A DNA stretch of 64,000 bases from Rhodoblastus sp. (lineage in GTDB: Bacteria > Pseudomonadota > Alphaproteobacteria > Rhizobiales > Beijerinckiaceae). A model generated the notes under the pieces. The model made no database searches. It saw nothing but the letters and a program-made list of their open reading frames with translations, and was not told where the DNA came from. Position 1 is the first letter of the stretch; each line of letters starts with the position of its first letter. Location of the stretch: assembly GCA_039808645.1 (NCBI GenBank), contig JBDHTL010000002.1, positions 1,516-65,515 on the forward strand, written 5' to 3'. The position numbers and the translations under genes are program-made. Below are positions 35,870 to 46,082 of this stretch, in pieces.

Positions 35870-37324
35870 ATGGCGCAGGACGCCGCGCAACGCTCGCCGG
35901 TGCAGGAATTGCTGTCCGCAAGGCTCCTCATCGCCGGCGCATGGGCGGAGGGCGCGCGCGCCGTCGACATTCCCGACAAGTTCCACCTCACGCCTTTCAT
36001 GCAGGCGCAGCTTCCCTCGCGCGAGCAGGTCGGCCGGTGCGTCTCCGCGGCCGGGGCGGCCTATGCCGCCAGCAAGCTCGGGCCGCACGAGCGCGGCGCC
36101 ATTCTCGACCGCGCCGCCGCGCGCATCGAGACGCGCGCGGAGGAAATCGTCGAAATCCTCGTGCGCGAGGCCGGATTTCCGCGCCGGGACGCGCTGGGCG
36201 AACTGCAGCGCTGCGCCGTCACCTTCCGCCTGTCCGCCGAAGAGGCGCGCCGCTTCGCCGGCGATGTCGTGCCGATCGGCGGCGCCGCCGGGCAGGCGGG
36301 GCGTCTCGGTTTCACCCTGCGCGTCCCGCTCGGCATCGTCTGCGCGATCACGCCGTTCAACGCGCCGCTGAACACCGTGGCGCACAAGGTCGGCCCCGCG
36401 CTCGCCGCGGGCAATGCGGTGATCCTCAAGCCCTCGCTGCACACGCCGATGAGCTCCTGCATCCTGGCGGAATGCCTGATCGAGGCCGGGCTCCCGCGCG
36501 GGCTTCTCTCCGTGCTGCACGGCGACGCGGAAGTCGCGCAATGGCTTCTCGAGGAGCCGGCCGTCAATTTCTACGCCTTCACGGGCTCCACGCAGGTTGG
36601 TCGCATCATCCAGAAAAGCGCGGGTCTGCGGCGCACGCAGATGGAGCTCGGCTCGATCTCGCATTGCATCCTGTGCGACGACGCCGACCTCGACGCGGCG
36701 CTGCCGAAGATCGTCAACGCCAGTTATCGCAAGGCCGGCCAGGTCTGCACGTCCATCCAGGTTCTGCTGGTGCAGCGTCCGCTGCTGGGCGAGGTCGAGC
36801 GACGGCTGGCGCAACTCGCCGCTGCGCTGCCGTGCGGCGACCCCGCCGATGAGAAGACGATCGTCGGTCCGGTCATCAGCCTCCAGTCGGCCGAGCGGAT
36901 CGACAATTGGATCGAGCAAGCCGTCGACCGCGGCGCGCGCAAGCTCGCGGGCGGGGCGCGCAGAGGCGCGGTCGTGCCGCCGACGCTGCTGGCCGATGTC
37001 GACGCCGCGACGCCGCTCGGCTGCCAGGAAGTCTTCGGCCCGGTCCTCTGCATCGCGCCGTTCGATACGGTCGACGAAGCGATCGCGCGGGTCAACGACA
37101 CGCCCTATGGTCTGGCGACGGGCATTTTCACGGGGCGGATCGACGTCGCCTTGCGCGCCGCGCGCGAACTGCAAGTCGGCGGCGTTCATGTCAACGAAAC
37201 GCCGAGTTCGCGCGTCGACGTCATGCCCTACGGCGGATCGAAGGACAGTGGCTTCGGCCGCGAGGGACCGCATTATGCGATCCGCGAAATGAGCGAGGAG
37301 CGCATGGTCACCATCCTGGCCTGA
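35870..37324 (+). CDS. NAD(P)-dependent aldehyde dehydrogenase
   Basis: Catalytic region MELGSISHCIL and GQVCTSIQ. RBS GAGGGAGG lies before ATG 35870. Confidence 0.9.
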   Translation: MAQDAAQRSPVQELLSARLLIAGAWAEGARAVDIPDKFHLTPFMQAQLPSREQVGRCVSAAGAAYAASKLGPHERGAILDRAAARIETRAEEIVEILVREAGFPRRDALGELQRCAVTFRLSAEEARRFAGDVVPIGGAAGQAGRLGFTLRVPLGIVCAITPFNAPLNTVAHKVGPALAAGNAVILKPSLHTPMSSCILAECLIEAGLPRGLLSVLHGDAEVAQWLLEEPAVNFYAFTGSTQVGRIIQKSAGLRRTQMELGSISHCILCDDADLDAALPKIVNASYRKAGQVCTSIQVLLVQRPLLGEVERRLAQLAAALPCGDPADEKTIVGPVISLQSAERIDNWIEQAVDRGARKLAGGARRGAVVPPTLLADVDAATPLGCQEVFGPVLCIAPFDTVDEAIARVNDTPYGLATGIFTGRIDVALRAARELQVGGVHVNETPSSRVDVMPYGGSKDSGFGREGPHYAIREMSEERMVTILA

Positions 37325-37355
37325 GGCCGGATGGAACAGGAACGGATGTGAGGGA

Positions 37356-39146
37356 ATGGCAAGGATGAAGGGCGGCGAACTGATCGCCGAATATCTGGTC
37401 AGGCAGAAGACGCCGTTCGTCTTCGGCGTCTGCGGCCACGGCAATGTCGGCATTCTCGACGCGCTCTACCAGGTGCGCGACAAGGTCGCGCTGATCTCGC
37501 CGCGCCACGAGCAGGCGGCAGGCCATATGGCCGACGCCTATTTCCGCGTGAAGCACGCGCCGGTGGCGACGCTGACCTCGACGGGCCCCGGCTCCGCCAA
37601 CATCGTCATGCCCTGCGTGACCGCGATTTCGGATTCCTCCGCCTTTCTCGCGATCACGGCCAATGTGCCGACATCGCAGGCCAACCGCGCGCCGTTCCAG
37701 GAGCTCTACGCGCACAACCAGGCGGATTTCGCCCAGGTGCTGCGGCCGGTGGTCAAGCGTTCGTTCCAGCCGAGCCGCGTCGAGATGCTGCCGCTGGCGT
37801 TGCGACAGGCCTTCGACACGATGCTGACCGGTCGGCCGGGGCCGGTGAATCTCGACATTCCCTACAATGTCTTCCAGGAAGAGGCCGAGGTCGAAATCCC
37901 CGCGCCGTCGCACAGGCACGGCTCGCACAGGCCGAGCGCCAGCGAGGCGGACCTTCAGGCCGCCGTCGAACTGCTGGCGCAGGCGGAGCGTCCTGTCTTC
38001 TTCATAGGGCAGGGGACGACGCTGTCCGAAGCCGGCCCGGAGATGACGGAGCTGCAGCGGCGCTGGGGCATTCCGGTCATCACCTCGCCCAACGGCATGG
38101 GCCTCGTCCCGCCCGACGATCCGCTGACGCTCGGCTTCATCGGCCGCAACGGCGCCTATCCCGCGAACCAGGCGGGACGCTTCGCCGACCTCGTTCTTTG
38201 CATCGGCACGCGTTTCGACGATCGCTCGTCGTCGAGCTGGCATCAGGGCTATTCCTGGAACTTCCCGAAGACGAAGCTGCTGCAGGTCGACATCGACCCG
38301 CTCGAACTCGGCCGCAACTATCCGCCGACGCTCGGCGTCATCGCCGACGCGAAGACGTTTGCTTCGCAGCTGATCGGCGCCCTGTCCGCGCGCGGCGACG
38401 TGACGTCCGACAAATTCGCCGGCTGGCGCGCGGAGATCGCCAAGTGGCGCGCCGAATGGGAGGCCTTCGTTCGTCCCAATTTCTCGGCGGTGACGACGCC
38501 GATCCGTCCCGAATATGTCGTCGGCGCGCTGACCGACGTGCTGCCGGAGGACGTGATCCTTTCGCTCGACTCGGGCGTGCATCACAATTGGTTCATGCAG
38601 TTCTGGCAGCCGCGCCGCGCGCAGAGCATGCTCAACAGCTGGGGCTATTCATCGATGGGCTTCGGCGTCTGCGGCGTTCTCGGCGCGCAGCTCGCCGCGC
38701 CCGAGCGCACGTGCGTCGCCGTCGTCGGCGACGGCGGCTTCATGATGGCGCCGCATGTCGTGGCGACGGCGGTCGAATACAATCTGCCCTGCATCTGGAT
38801 CGTCTGGAATAATTTCGCCTGGGGCGCGATCCGCGACATCCAGTACGGCATGTTCGAGGGCCGCGAATACGGCACCGCCTTCTACAAGGGCAACCAGGGG
38901 CCGGGCGGCGAGCGCTACAATCCGGATTTCGCGGCCTGGGCGCGCGCCTGCGGGGCCGACGGCGTGACCGTGACGCGCAGCGAGGATCTGCGCGGCGCGG
39001 TCGAGACCGCGGTGAAGAACCGCCGTCCCTGCGTGATCGACCTGCATGTCGATTCCGAGGTGCGGCCGCCCTCGACGGGCACATGGGAGCTGCCGCCCAT
39101 CCCCCTCAAGGAGCCCGTGTTCGGCAAGCCTTATCGCGCAAGTTGA
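37356..39146 (+). CDS. Thiamine-diphosphate-dependent enzyme (acetolactate-synthase-like fold; function unknown)
   Basis: N-terminal PYR domain with GVCGHGNVGILDA. C-terminal TPP-binding motif GDGGFMM...NN. 596 aa. ATG 37365 is an alternative start. Confidence 0.9.
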   Translation: MARMKGGELIAEYLVRQKTPFVFGVCGHGNVGILDALYQVRDKVALISPRHEQAAGHMADAYFRVKHAPVATLTSTGPGSANIVMPCVTAISDSSAFLAITANVPTSQANRAPFQELYAHNQADFAQVLRPVVKRSFQPSRVEMLPLALRQAFDTMLTGRPGPVNLDIPYNVFQEEAEVEIPAPSHRHGSHRPSASEADLQAAVELLAQAERPVFFIGQGTTLSEAGPEMTELQRRWGIPVITSPNGMGLVPPDDPLTLGFIGRNGAYPANQAGRFADLVLCIGTRFDDRSSSSWHQGYSWNFPKTKLLQVDIDPLELGRNYPPTLGVIADAKTFASQLIGALSARGDVTSDKFAGWRAEIAKWRAEWEAFVRPNFSAVTTPIRPEYVVGALTDVLPEDVILSLDSGVHHNWFMQFWQPRRAQSMLNSWGYSSMGFGVCGVLGAQLAAPERTCVAVVGDGGFMMAPHVVATAVEYNLPCIWIVWNNFAWGAIRDIQYGMFEGREYGTAFYKGNQGPGGERYNPDFAAWARACGADGVTVTRSEDLRGAVETAVKNRRPCVIDLHVDSEVRPPSTGTWELPPIPLKEPVFGKPYRAS

Positions 39147-39176
39147 AGCAACGAAACACAAAGAGAGGAGTGCGCC

Positions 39177-40415
39177 ATGAACAGGTTCGAGAGCACGAAG
39201 AGAATGATGCTTGGCGGTGTCGCGAGCGCGATCATGCTTGCTGCGGCGACATTGGCGGGCGGCGCTTGTGCGCAGGAGAGCGGTCCGATCAAGATCGGCC
39301 TGATCTATTCGAAGCAGGGCCCCGGCGCCTCGATCGGCCAGTTCCTCCAGCGCGGCAGCGAACTCGCCGCGCAGCAGGCGGGCATGAAGGCGCTCGGCCG
39401 TCCGATCGAACTGATCTGGCTCGACGAGAACGGCCCGGAAGGCTCGCAGCAGAACATGCAGCGGCTGATCGACGAGAACAAGGTCGTCGCCGTCGTCGGC
39501 GGCAATTACAGCAATTCCGCGCTCGCCATGATGAGCGTCGCCAATCGCGCGAAAATTCCGCTGATCCTGCCGGGCGCTGCGGCGCGCGAAATCACCGGCA
39601 AGGACTGCAGCCGCTACACGTTCCGAACGCAGGCGACCGTGCCGGTGCAGATCAACGGCCTCATGCCCTACGTCCAGCAGGTGGGCAAGAAGGTCTATTT
39701 CATCACGCCGTCCTACGCCTTCGGTCAGGACATCGTGAAATCGGCGCGCGCGGGCCTGCCGGCCATCGGCGCGACGGAAATCGGCAGCGACGAAGTGCCG
39801 ATCAACACGGCCGACTATTCCTCGTTCATCCTGAAGATCCGCCAGGCGAAGCCCGACGTCGTCATCGGCGGCCTGGTCGGCGGCGATCTTTCGAACTTCC
39901 TGAAGCAGTGGAACGAGATGGGGATGAAGGACAAGGCGCCTTACGCCGCCGTGGCCGTCACCGACACCGACTTCTGGGACGTCGGGCCGCAGGCCTCGAC
40001 CGGCATCTTCATCAAGCCCTGGTACTACGCCAATTCGAAGAACACGGCGGCCGAGAAGAAGATGATCGAGGACTTCCAGAAGAAGTACGGCCAGCCGCCT
40101 TCCGACAAGACCTGGTCGGGCTGGATCGCCATGCGCGCGCTGCTCGAGTCCATCGAGGCCGCGAAGTCGACCAAGCCGCAGGACATCGTGACCTCGCTCG
40201 AGAAGTGGAAGAACACGGACGGCGAGTTCCCGTTCTATTTCCGCGAATGGGACCACCAGCTCGTGCGCCCCGCCGTCATCGTGAAGGTGAAGAGCAACAT
40301 CACGGACAAGTGGGATTTCATGGACTTCCTGAAATACACGTCCGACACGCCCGAGAGCACCGAGAAGGCGTTCGGCACGAAGGAAGAAGTCGGCTGCAAG
40401 ATGCCGGCGCTGTGA
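39177..40415 (+). CDS. ABC substrate-binding protein (LivJ/AmiC-like)
   Basis: Signal MMLGGVASAIMLAAATLAGGACAQE. Peripla_BP_6-like body. RBS AGAGAGGAG. Confidence 0.9.
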   Translation: MNRFESTKRMMLGGVASAIMLAAATLAGGACAQESGPIKIGLIYSKQGPGASIGQFLQRGSELAAQQAGMKALGRPIELIWLDENGPEGSQQNMQRLIDENKVVAVVGGNYSNSALAMMSVANRAKIPLILPGAAAREITGKDCSRYTFRTQATVPVQINGLMPYVQQVGKKVYFITPSYAFGQDIVKSARAGLPAIGATEIGSDEVPINTADYSSFILKIRQAKPDVVIGGLVGGDLSNFLKQWNEMGMKDKAPYAAVAVTDTDFWDVGPQASTGIFIKPWYYANSKNTAAEKKMIEDFQKKYGQPPSDKTWSGWIAMRALLESIEAAKSTKPQDIVTSLEKWKNTDGEFPFYFREWDHQLVRPAVIVKVKSNITDKWDFMDFLKYTSDTPESTEKAFGTKEEVGCKMPAL

Positions 40416-40453
40416 TCGCAGCCTGAGCGCGGGGCCGAGGGCGGAACGAAGAC

Positions 40454-41323
40454 ATGCTCGACATACTGGTCTCCCAGACCGCCAACGGCCTCGTGCTGGG
40501 GTTCATCTACGTCCTGATCGCCGTGGGTCTTTCGATCACCTTCGGCCTTCTAGGCGTCATCAACTTCGCGCACGGCGCGTTCTTCGCGCTGGGCGCCTAT
40601 TTCGGCTGGCAATTGTTCCGCTGGTTCGGCTGGAGCGCGGTGATCCTCGCGCCGCCTCTCGTCGGACTGGTGGGCATGGCGCTGGAGGCGACGCTTATCC
40701 GCCGCCTCTACGGCAAGGAGCCGCTGCTCAGCCTGGTCGTGACATTCGCGCTGGCGCTGCTGATCGAGGCGCTGATCCGCGTGATCTGGGGCGCGGACGG
40801 CAAGCCCTTCAATCCGCCGCCGTTCCTCGCGGGCATCATCGAGGTCGGCCCGCTGCTGATCACCAAATATCGCGCGGCGGTGCTCGGCGTCACGGTGGCG
40901 ACGCTGCTCGGGCTGTGGGCCTTCCTCGCCTGGACGCCTTACGGGCGGGTCCTGCGCGCCGGCAGCCGCGACCCCGAGATGGTGGAATTGCTCGGCATCA
41001 ACCTGCCGCGCGTCCTCAACGCGGTCTTCGGCCTCGGCTGCGCCCTTGCCGCCATCGCGGGCGTTCTCGCGGCGCCATTGTGGACCGTTTCGCCCTCGAT
41101 GTCGGCCAATGCGGTCATGCCGGCCTTCGTCGTCATCGCCATCGGCGGATTGGGGTCCTTGTCCGGCGCCGTGGTGGCGGGGCTCGCCGTCGGTGTCGTC
41201 ACGGCTCTTACAATCCAGTTCTGGCCGGAGGCGTCAGCGGGCGCGATGTATGCGCTGATGTTCGCCATCATGCTGCTGCGCCCGCGCGGCCTGTTCGGCG
41301 AGAAGTGGGAGCGCTTCGAATGA
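40454..41323 (+). CDS. HAAT ABC transporter permease (LivH-type)
   Basis: MLDILVSQTANGLVLGFIYVLIAVGLSITFGLLGVINFAHGAFFALGAY. Confidence 0.9.
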   Translation: MLDILVSQTANGLVLGFIYVLIAVGLSITFGLLGVINFAHGAFFALGAYFGWQLFRWFGWSAVILAPPLVGLVGMALEATLIRRLYGKEPLLSLVVTFALALLIEALIRVIWGADGKPFNPPPFLAGIIEVGPLLITKYRAAVLGVTVATLLGLWAFLAWTPYGRVLRAGSRDPEMVELLGINLPRVLNAVFGLGCALAAIAGVLAAPLWTVSPSMSANAVMPAFVVIAIGGLGSLSGAVVAGLAVGVVTALTIQFWPEASAGAMYALMFAIMLLRPRGLFGEKWERFE

Positions 41324-43902
41324 AGCCCAAAGCCTCGCCATCTCTGCTCGCGCGCATCTGGGGCAATCCCATCGTCGTCATGACGGTGGTTCTTGCCGCG
41401 GTCTCCGGCGTTGCGCTGGCGACGGGAATGCCGATCCATCGCGTGACGCAGATCGCGATCTACACGCTCTACAGCGCCGGCGTGAACTTTCTCATCGGAT
41501 ATCTCGGCCTCGTGCCGTTCGGCGCGTCCTTCTTCTTCGGCTGCGCCGCCTATGCGGTCGCGATCAGCGCCGGCTACATGTCCGGCGGCGCCGAAATCTC
41601 CGGACTGGCGATCGCGCTGGTCTTTTCGCTGCTGCTGGCGATCGTCGTCGGCGCGATCATCCTGCGCCGCCGTGGCCTCTATTTCTCGCTGCTGACGCTC
41701 GCCTGTTCGCAGATCGCCTTCGAGATCGCCTTCAAGTGGACGGCCTTCACCGGCGGCGAGAACGGGCTGCAGAATGTCGAGCGCCCGATGTTCACCTCGG
41801 CGCTCGCCTTCCATCTCTTCTCGCTCGTCGTCATCCTCGGGACGCTGTGGCTGCTTTGGCGCATCGCGCATTCGCCGTTCGGCCGCGTGATGCAGGCGCT
41901 GCGCGACAACGAGCAGCGTGTCGCCAGCCTCGGCTACGACGCCTACATGACCAAGCTCGTCGGCGTCGTCATCGCCGGCGGCGCCATTGGCGTCGCAGGC
42001 GGGCTGATGGCGCTTCTGCTGCAGGGAGCCTACGCCAATGCGCTCAGCTGGCAGCGCGCGGGCGATCCGGTGCTGATGGCGGCGCTGGGTGGCGTCCACC
42101 ATTTCCTCGGGCCGCTGTGGGGCGCCATCGTCTTCATCGTGCTGGAAGACCGGCTGAGCGCCATCACCGAGAACTGGTGGCTGATCTTCGCGCCCATCAT
42201 CATCGCTTTCGCGCTGCTCTCCTTCGAAGGCATTCAGGGCGTGTTCCAGCGCGTGATCGGCCGCGACCGCTGGACGCTGACGCGCTGGGGCATACCCGCG
42301 CGCCCCGCGACGATCGAGCCCTATGTGCCCGCGTTGACGAAAGCGGGCGCGGATACAACGCGCCCGATCCTCTCGGTGCGCAACCTCTCGAAGAGCTTCG
42401 GCTCCATCGTTACCCAGAGCGGCGTGTCGCTCGATGTGGCGCATACCGGCCTGCACAGCCTGATCGGGCCGAATGGCGCGGGCAAGACGACCTTCTTCAA
42501 CCTGCTCACGGGCGTCCACAGGCCGGATGGCGGCGAGATCGAGTTCGAGGGACGTTCGATCGCGCGCCTGGCGCCTCACGCGCGCGCGCGCCTCGGCATC
42601 TCGCGCTCGTTCCAGATTCTCAGCGTGTTCCCGAACCTGACGGCGTTCGAGAATGTCCGGATCGCCGTGCAGGCGGCGGAGCGCGACTGGTTCAGCCTGT
42701 GGCGCGACGCCTATGCGGACGCCACGTCGAACATGCGGGTCTGGTCGCTTCTCGACGCTGTCGGGCTTGCCGATCGCGCGGCCGAATTGTGCTCGGCGCT
42801 CTCGCACGGCGAGAAGCGCCTGCTGGAGATCGCGGTTTCGCTTGCGACCGACGCGCGGCTGCTGTTGCTCGACGAACCTCTCGCTGGCCTGGCGGAATCC
42901 GATCGCGAGGTTGTCGGCGGCCTCATCCGGCGGCTGGCGGCCACCCATTCGGTGTTCCTGATCGAACATGACATCGACCGGGTGCTGGCCCTGTCGGATC
43001 GCATCACCGTTCTCCATCAGGGGCGGATCATCGCCGACGGCAATCCGACCGAGGTCGCCCGCAATCGCGAGGTCGTCGCCGCCTATCTCGGCGACGCCGA
43101 GGCCGCTGCGCCCGCCAATGTCGCGCGGCTGCGGCCGAACCGGCAGGCGCAGGCGCAGGCGGAGGCGAAGCCGCTGCTGCGCCTCGAGAGCGTGCGCTCG
43201 GGCTATGGCGGCGGCATCGTTCTCGACGGGGTGGACATGGTCGTTCGCCCCGGCGAGGTTGTCGCGCTGCTCGGGCGCAACGGCGTCGGCAAGACCACGG
43301 CCATGCGCACGATCACCGGCGTGCTGCCGGCCAGCGGCGGGCGGATCGAATTGGACGGCGCCGACATAACCGCCCTCCGCGCCGACGAGATCAACCGTCG
43401 CGGCATATCGCTCGTGCCGGAGGGCCGGCGATTGTTCCCGAATCTCACGGTGGTCGAGAACCTGAAGCTCGCCATGCGTCCCGGCGGCGCCACGCAGGAG
43501 GAAGTCTTCGATCTCTTCCCGCGCCTGGCCGAGCGGTCGCGGTCGCGCGGCGAGACCCTGTCCGGCGGCGAGCGCCAGATGGTCGCGATCGCTCGCGCCC
43601 TGATGGCGCCGAGCAAGCTGATCCTCCTCGACGAGCCTTTCGAGGGACTGGCGCCGGCCGTCGTGCACGAAGTGCGCGAAGCCGTGATGAAACTGACGAC
43701 GCGCGCCAGCCTGGTCATTGTCGAGCATCACGCCGAGAGCGTGCTCGCCATGGCCGACCGCGCCTATGTGCTCGTCAACGGCCGCATCGCCTACGGCGGC
43801 GGCGCAGCCGAACTCGCCGCCGACAAGGCGCTGCAGGAGCGGCTGCTCGGCGTCGTCCACGGCGTGGCGGCGCAACCCCGGGCCGCGGGCGCGCCGGCAT
43901 GA
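41320..43902 (+). CDS. HAAT ABC transporter: fused LivM-type permease + LivG-like + LivF-like ATPase domains (860 aa)
   Basis: ATG 41320 overlaps the LivH stop. NFLIGYLGLVPFGASFF TM domain. Walker A GPNGAGKTT and GRNGVGKTT; signatures LSHGEKR and LSGGERQ. The linker between the ATPase domains is RQAQAQAEAK. Confidence 0.9.
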   Translation: MKPKASPSLLARIWGNPIVVMTVVLAAVSGVALATGMPIHRVTQIAIYTLYSAGVNFLIGYLGLVPFGASFFFGCAAYAVAISAGYMSGGAEISGLAIALVFSLLLAIVVGAIILRRRGLYFSLLTLACSQIAFEIAFKWTAFTGGENGLQNVERPMFTSALAFHLFSLVVILGTLWLLWRIAHSPFGRVMQALRDNEQRVASLGYDAYMTKLVGVVIAGGAIGVAGGLMALLLQGAYANALSWQRAGDPVLMAALGGVHHFLGPLWGAIVFIVLEDRLSAITENWWLIFAPIIIAFALLSFEGIQGVFQRVIGRDRWTLTRWGIPARPATIEPYVPALTKAGADTTRPILSVRNLSKSFGSIVTQSGVSLDVAHTGLHSLIGPNGAGKTTFFNLLTGVHRPDGGEIEFEGRSIARLAPHARARLGISRSFQILSVFPNLTAFENVRIAVQAAERDWFSLWRDAYADATSNMRVWSLLDAVGLADRAAELCSALSHGEKRLLEIAVSLATDARLLLLDEPLAGLAESDREVVGGLIRRLAATHSVFLIEHDIDRVLALSDRITVLHQGRIIADGNPTEVARNREVVAAYLGDAEAAAPANVARLRPNRQAQAQAEAKPLLRLESVRSGYGGGIVLDGVDMVVRPGEVVALLGRNGVGKTTAMRTITGVLPASGGRIELDGADITALRADEINRRGISLVPEGRRLFPNLTVVENLKLAMRPGGATQEEVFDLFPRLAERSRSRGETLSGGERQMVAIARALMAPSKLILLDEPFEGLAPAVVHEVREAVMKLTTRASLVIVEHHAESVLAMADRAYVLVNGRIAYGGGAAELAADKALQERLLGVVHGVAAQPRAAGAPA

Positions 43903-44732
43903 GAGAGGTCGCGGTCAACACCTACGGCTATATCTGGTCGACTCCCGCCGCCGTTTGCGTGCGACGGCTCGCGGATCTCGGCTACAAGAATTTCGAACTC
44001 ATGATCCATCCGCCGCACCTGCCGCTCGACGGCATGTCGGCGGCGGACCGCCGCGATCTGCGCTCGGCCGTCGAGCGGGCCGGCGCGCGCATAACGTCCG
44101 TCAACATGCCGAGCCTCGACCAGAATCTGGCGAGCGCCTATTCCCGGGTGCGAGACGCCTCCGTCGCCATGTTCCTCGATGCGATCGACCTCGTGGCGGA
44201 CATTGGCGCGCCGTGCCTGGTGACCGTGCCCGGTCGCATGAGCCCGCTTTTTCCGCCGCCGCCCGCCTGCCGCATCGACTGGATGACGGAGAGCGTCGAA
44301 AAGCTGCTGCCGCGCGCCGAGGCGCGCAACGTGCGCCTCGCCATAGAGAACGTGCCATTCGCCGCGTTCCCGGAGGCGACGACGCTTGGCGATTTCGTCC
44401 GCGGCTTCGGGTCGCCGGCCATCGGCGTCTGCTACGATGCGGCCAATGCGCATTTCATCGGTGAGGAGGTGACGCAGGGCGTGGCCGCGCTCGCCGATCT
44501 CCTCGAGGTCGTGCATCTCTCGGACACGACCCGCCACGTCTGGCGGCACGACCGAATCGGCCTCGGCGACGTGCCGGCGCAGGCCTTTGCGCAGGCGCTC
44601 GACGCGGCCGGCTTTGCCGGACCGTGCACGCTGGAAATCATCGACGCGGATACGGAGGGCGCGCTCGCTGAGTCCTGCCGCGCGCTCGCTGCCTTCGGCT
44701 TCGCGCAGCCGCAGGCGAGGCCGGGCGCATGA
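43899..44732 (+). CDS. Xylose-isomerase-like TIM-barrel protein (sugar phosphate isomerase/epimerase family)
   Basis: AP_endonuc_2-like pattern: LAIENVPF..., CYDAANAH..., HLSD. ATGA overlap with the upstream stop. Confidence 0.8.
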   Translation: MREVAVNTYGYIWSTPAAVCVRRLADLGYKNFELMIHPPHLPLDGMSAADRRDLRSAVERAGARITSVNMPSLDQNLASAYSRVRDASVAMFLDAIDLVADIGAPCLVTVPGRMSPLFPPPPACRIDWMTESVEKLLPRAEARNVRLAIENVPFAAFPEATTLGDFVRGFGSPAIGVCYDAANAHFIGEEVTQGVAALADLLEVVHLSDTTRHVWRHDRIGLGDVPAQAFAQALDAAGFAGPCTLEIIDADTEGALAESCRALAAFGFAQPQARPGA

Positions 44733-45655
44733 GCGTCGTTCTCGTCACCGGCGCGGCCGGCCTGCTCGGACGTTTTGTCGTCCGCGAACTCGTCGCGCAC
44801 GGCTATCGCGTTCGCGGTCTCGACCGGCGCGCGGGCGCGGAGTCGATCGAATGGCATGTCGGCGACGTGACGGACGCGGCGCTCGTCGCGGGCGCGACGG
44901 CGGGCGCCGACGCCGTCCTTCATATCGCCGCGATCCCCAACATCTGGTCCGGCGACGGCCAGACGATCATGCGCGTCAACCTTCTGGGGACCTACACCGT
45001 TTTCGAGGCGGCGGAAGCCGCCGGGGTCCGGCGCGCGATCTTCTGCTCCAGCGATTCCGTCGCCGGCTATACGGTGCGCGAAGGGCGTATGCTGCATCCC
45101 CGCTACGCGCCGCTCGACCTCGACCATCCCCTGCTGGCGACCGACCCCTATGCTGTCAGCAAGGTCATGGGCGAAGATCTCGCGCGCGCCTATGCGCTGC
45201 GGGGCATGTCGGTCGCGGCGTTGCGCACCGTCTTTGTGGCCTATCCGGACATGGCGGGAGAAATCGTGGCTCGCGCGAGGGACCCGGACGCCTACAGGGG
45301 CCCTGCGGCGGGCGGGCCATCGTCGGCCGGCGGCGGCCCGCTGCACCACCACATCGACCCGCGCGATCTCGCGCGCGCCTTCCGCCTCGCGCTCGAACTG
45401 CCCATGCAGCCCGGCGGCTTCGAACGCTTCTATCTTTCCGCGCAGGTCACGCTGTCGCCGGAACCGACCGTGCGACGCCTGCGCCGCCTGCACGGCGACG
45501 CCGTCGAGATCCGCAACCCCGGCCTCTACGACCGGCAGCCCTTCGCGCCGCTTTACGACCTGTCGCACGCAGCCGAACGTCTGGGCTTCGTCGCGGAATA
45601 CGATCAGCGCGGCCTGCTTGCCGGCCTGCCGGGCTTTCCAGGAGAAAACAGATGA
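44729..45655 (+). CDS. NAD-dependent epimerase/dehydratase-family (extended SDR) protein
   Basis: VTGAAGLLGRFV Rossmann motif and YAVSKVMGE (YxxxK). ATGA overlap upstream. Confidence 0.85.
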   Translation: MSVVLVTGAAGLLGRFVVRELVAHGYRVRGLDRRAGAESIEWHVGDVTDAALVAGATAGADAVLHIAAIPNIWSGDGQTIMRVNLLGTYTVFEAAEAAGVRRAIFCSSDSVAGYTVREGRMLHPRYAPLDLDHPLLATDPYAVSKVMGEDLARAYALRGMSVAALRTVFVAYPDMAGEIVARARDPDAYRGPAAGGPSSAGGGPLHHHIDPRDLARAFRLALELPMQPGGFERFYLSAQVTLSPEPTVRRLRRLHGDAVEIRNPGLYDRQPFAPLYDLSHAAERLGFVAEYDQRGLLAGLPGFPGENR

Positions 45656-46074
45656 CCTTCGTCTCCCCGCCGCTCGACGCCTTCGCCGATGCGCAGAAAA
45701 GGAAATACGCCGCGACGCGCAATCTCGGCGAATTGATGTGGACCCAGTATCCCGGCCATTTCAACCAGGCGCTGTCCAAGGCGATCGTCACGCCGGCGAC
45801 GGTCGGCAGTCGCTTCTTCGACTACCGCATCTCCTCCTACGAACCGGGCGCGCATGTCGAAAGCCACGTCCATGCCGTGCAGGAGCAGATTTACCATGTG
45901 CTGTCGGGCGAGGGCGTCCTCATCCTCGACGGCGAGCGCCGGCTCGTGCGCGCGAACGACGTGACCTACATTCCGCCCGGCGTCACGCACGAGTTCCATT
46001 GCACGGGAAACGATCCGCTGCTGTTTCTCGTCATCACCAGCCCGCCGAACGACGAGGAGCCGAGCCCGCGCTGA
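45652..46074 (+). CDS. Cupin-domain protein (140 aa)
   Basis: Cupin motifs GAHVESHVHAVQEQIYHVLSGEG and YIPPGVTHEF. ATGA overlap upstream. Confidence 0.8.
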   Translation: MTFVSPPLDAFADAQKRKYAATRNLGELMWTQYPGHFNQALSKAIVTPATVGSRFFDYRISSYEPGAHVESHVHAVQEQIYHVLSGEGVLILDGERRLVRANDVTYIPPGVTHEFHCTGNDPLLFLVITSPPNDEEPSPR

Positions 46075-46082
46075 GAAGAGCC

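Noticed and set aside
43141-43170. Short caggcg tandem repetition
   Set aside because: It is in frame and encodes the QAQAQAEA linker between the two ATPase domains of the fused transporter. It is not a repeat element or a CRISPR-like feature.
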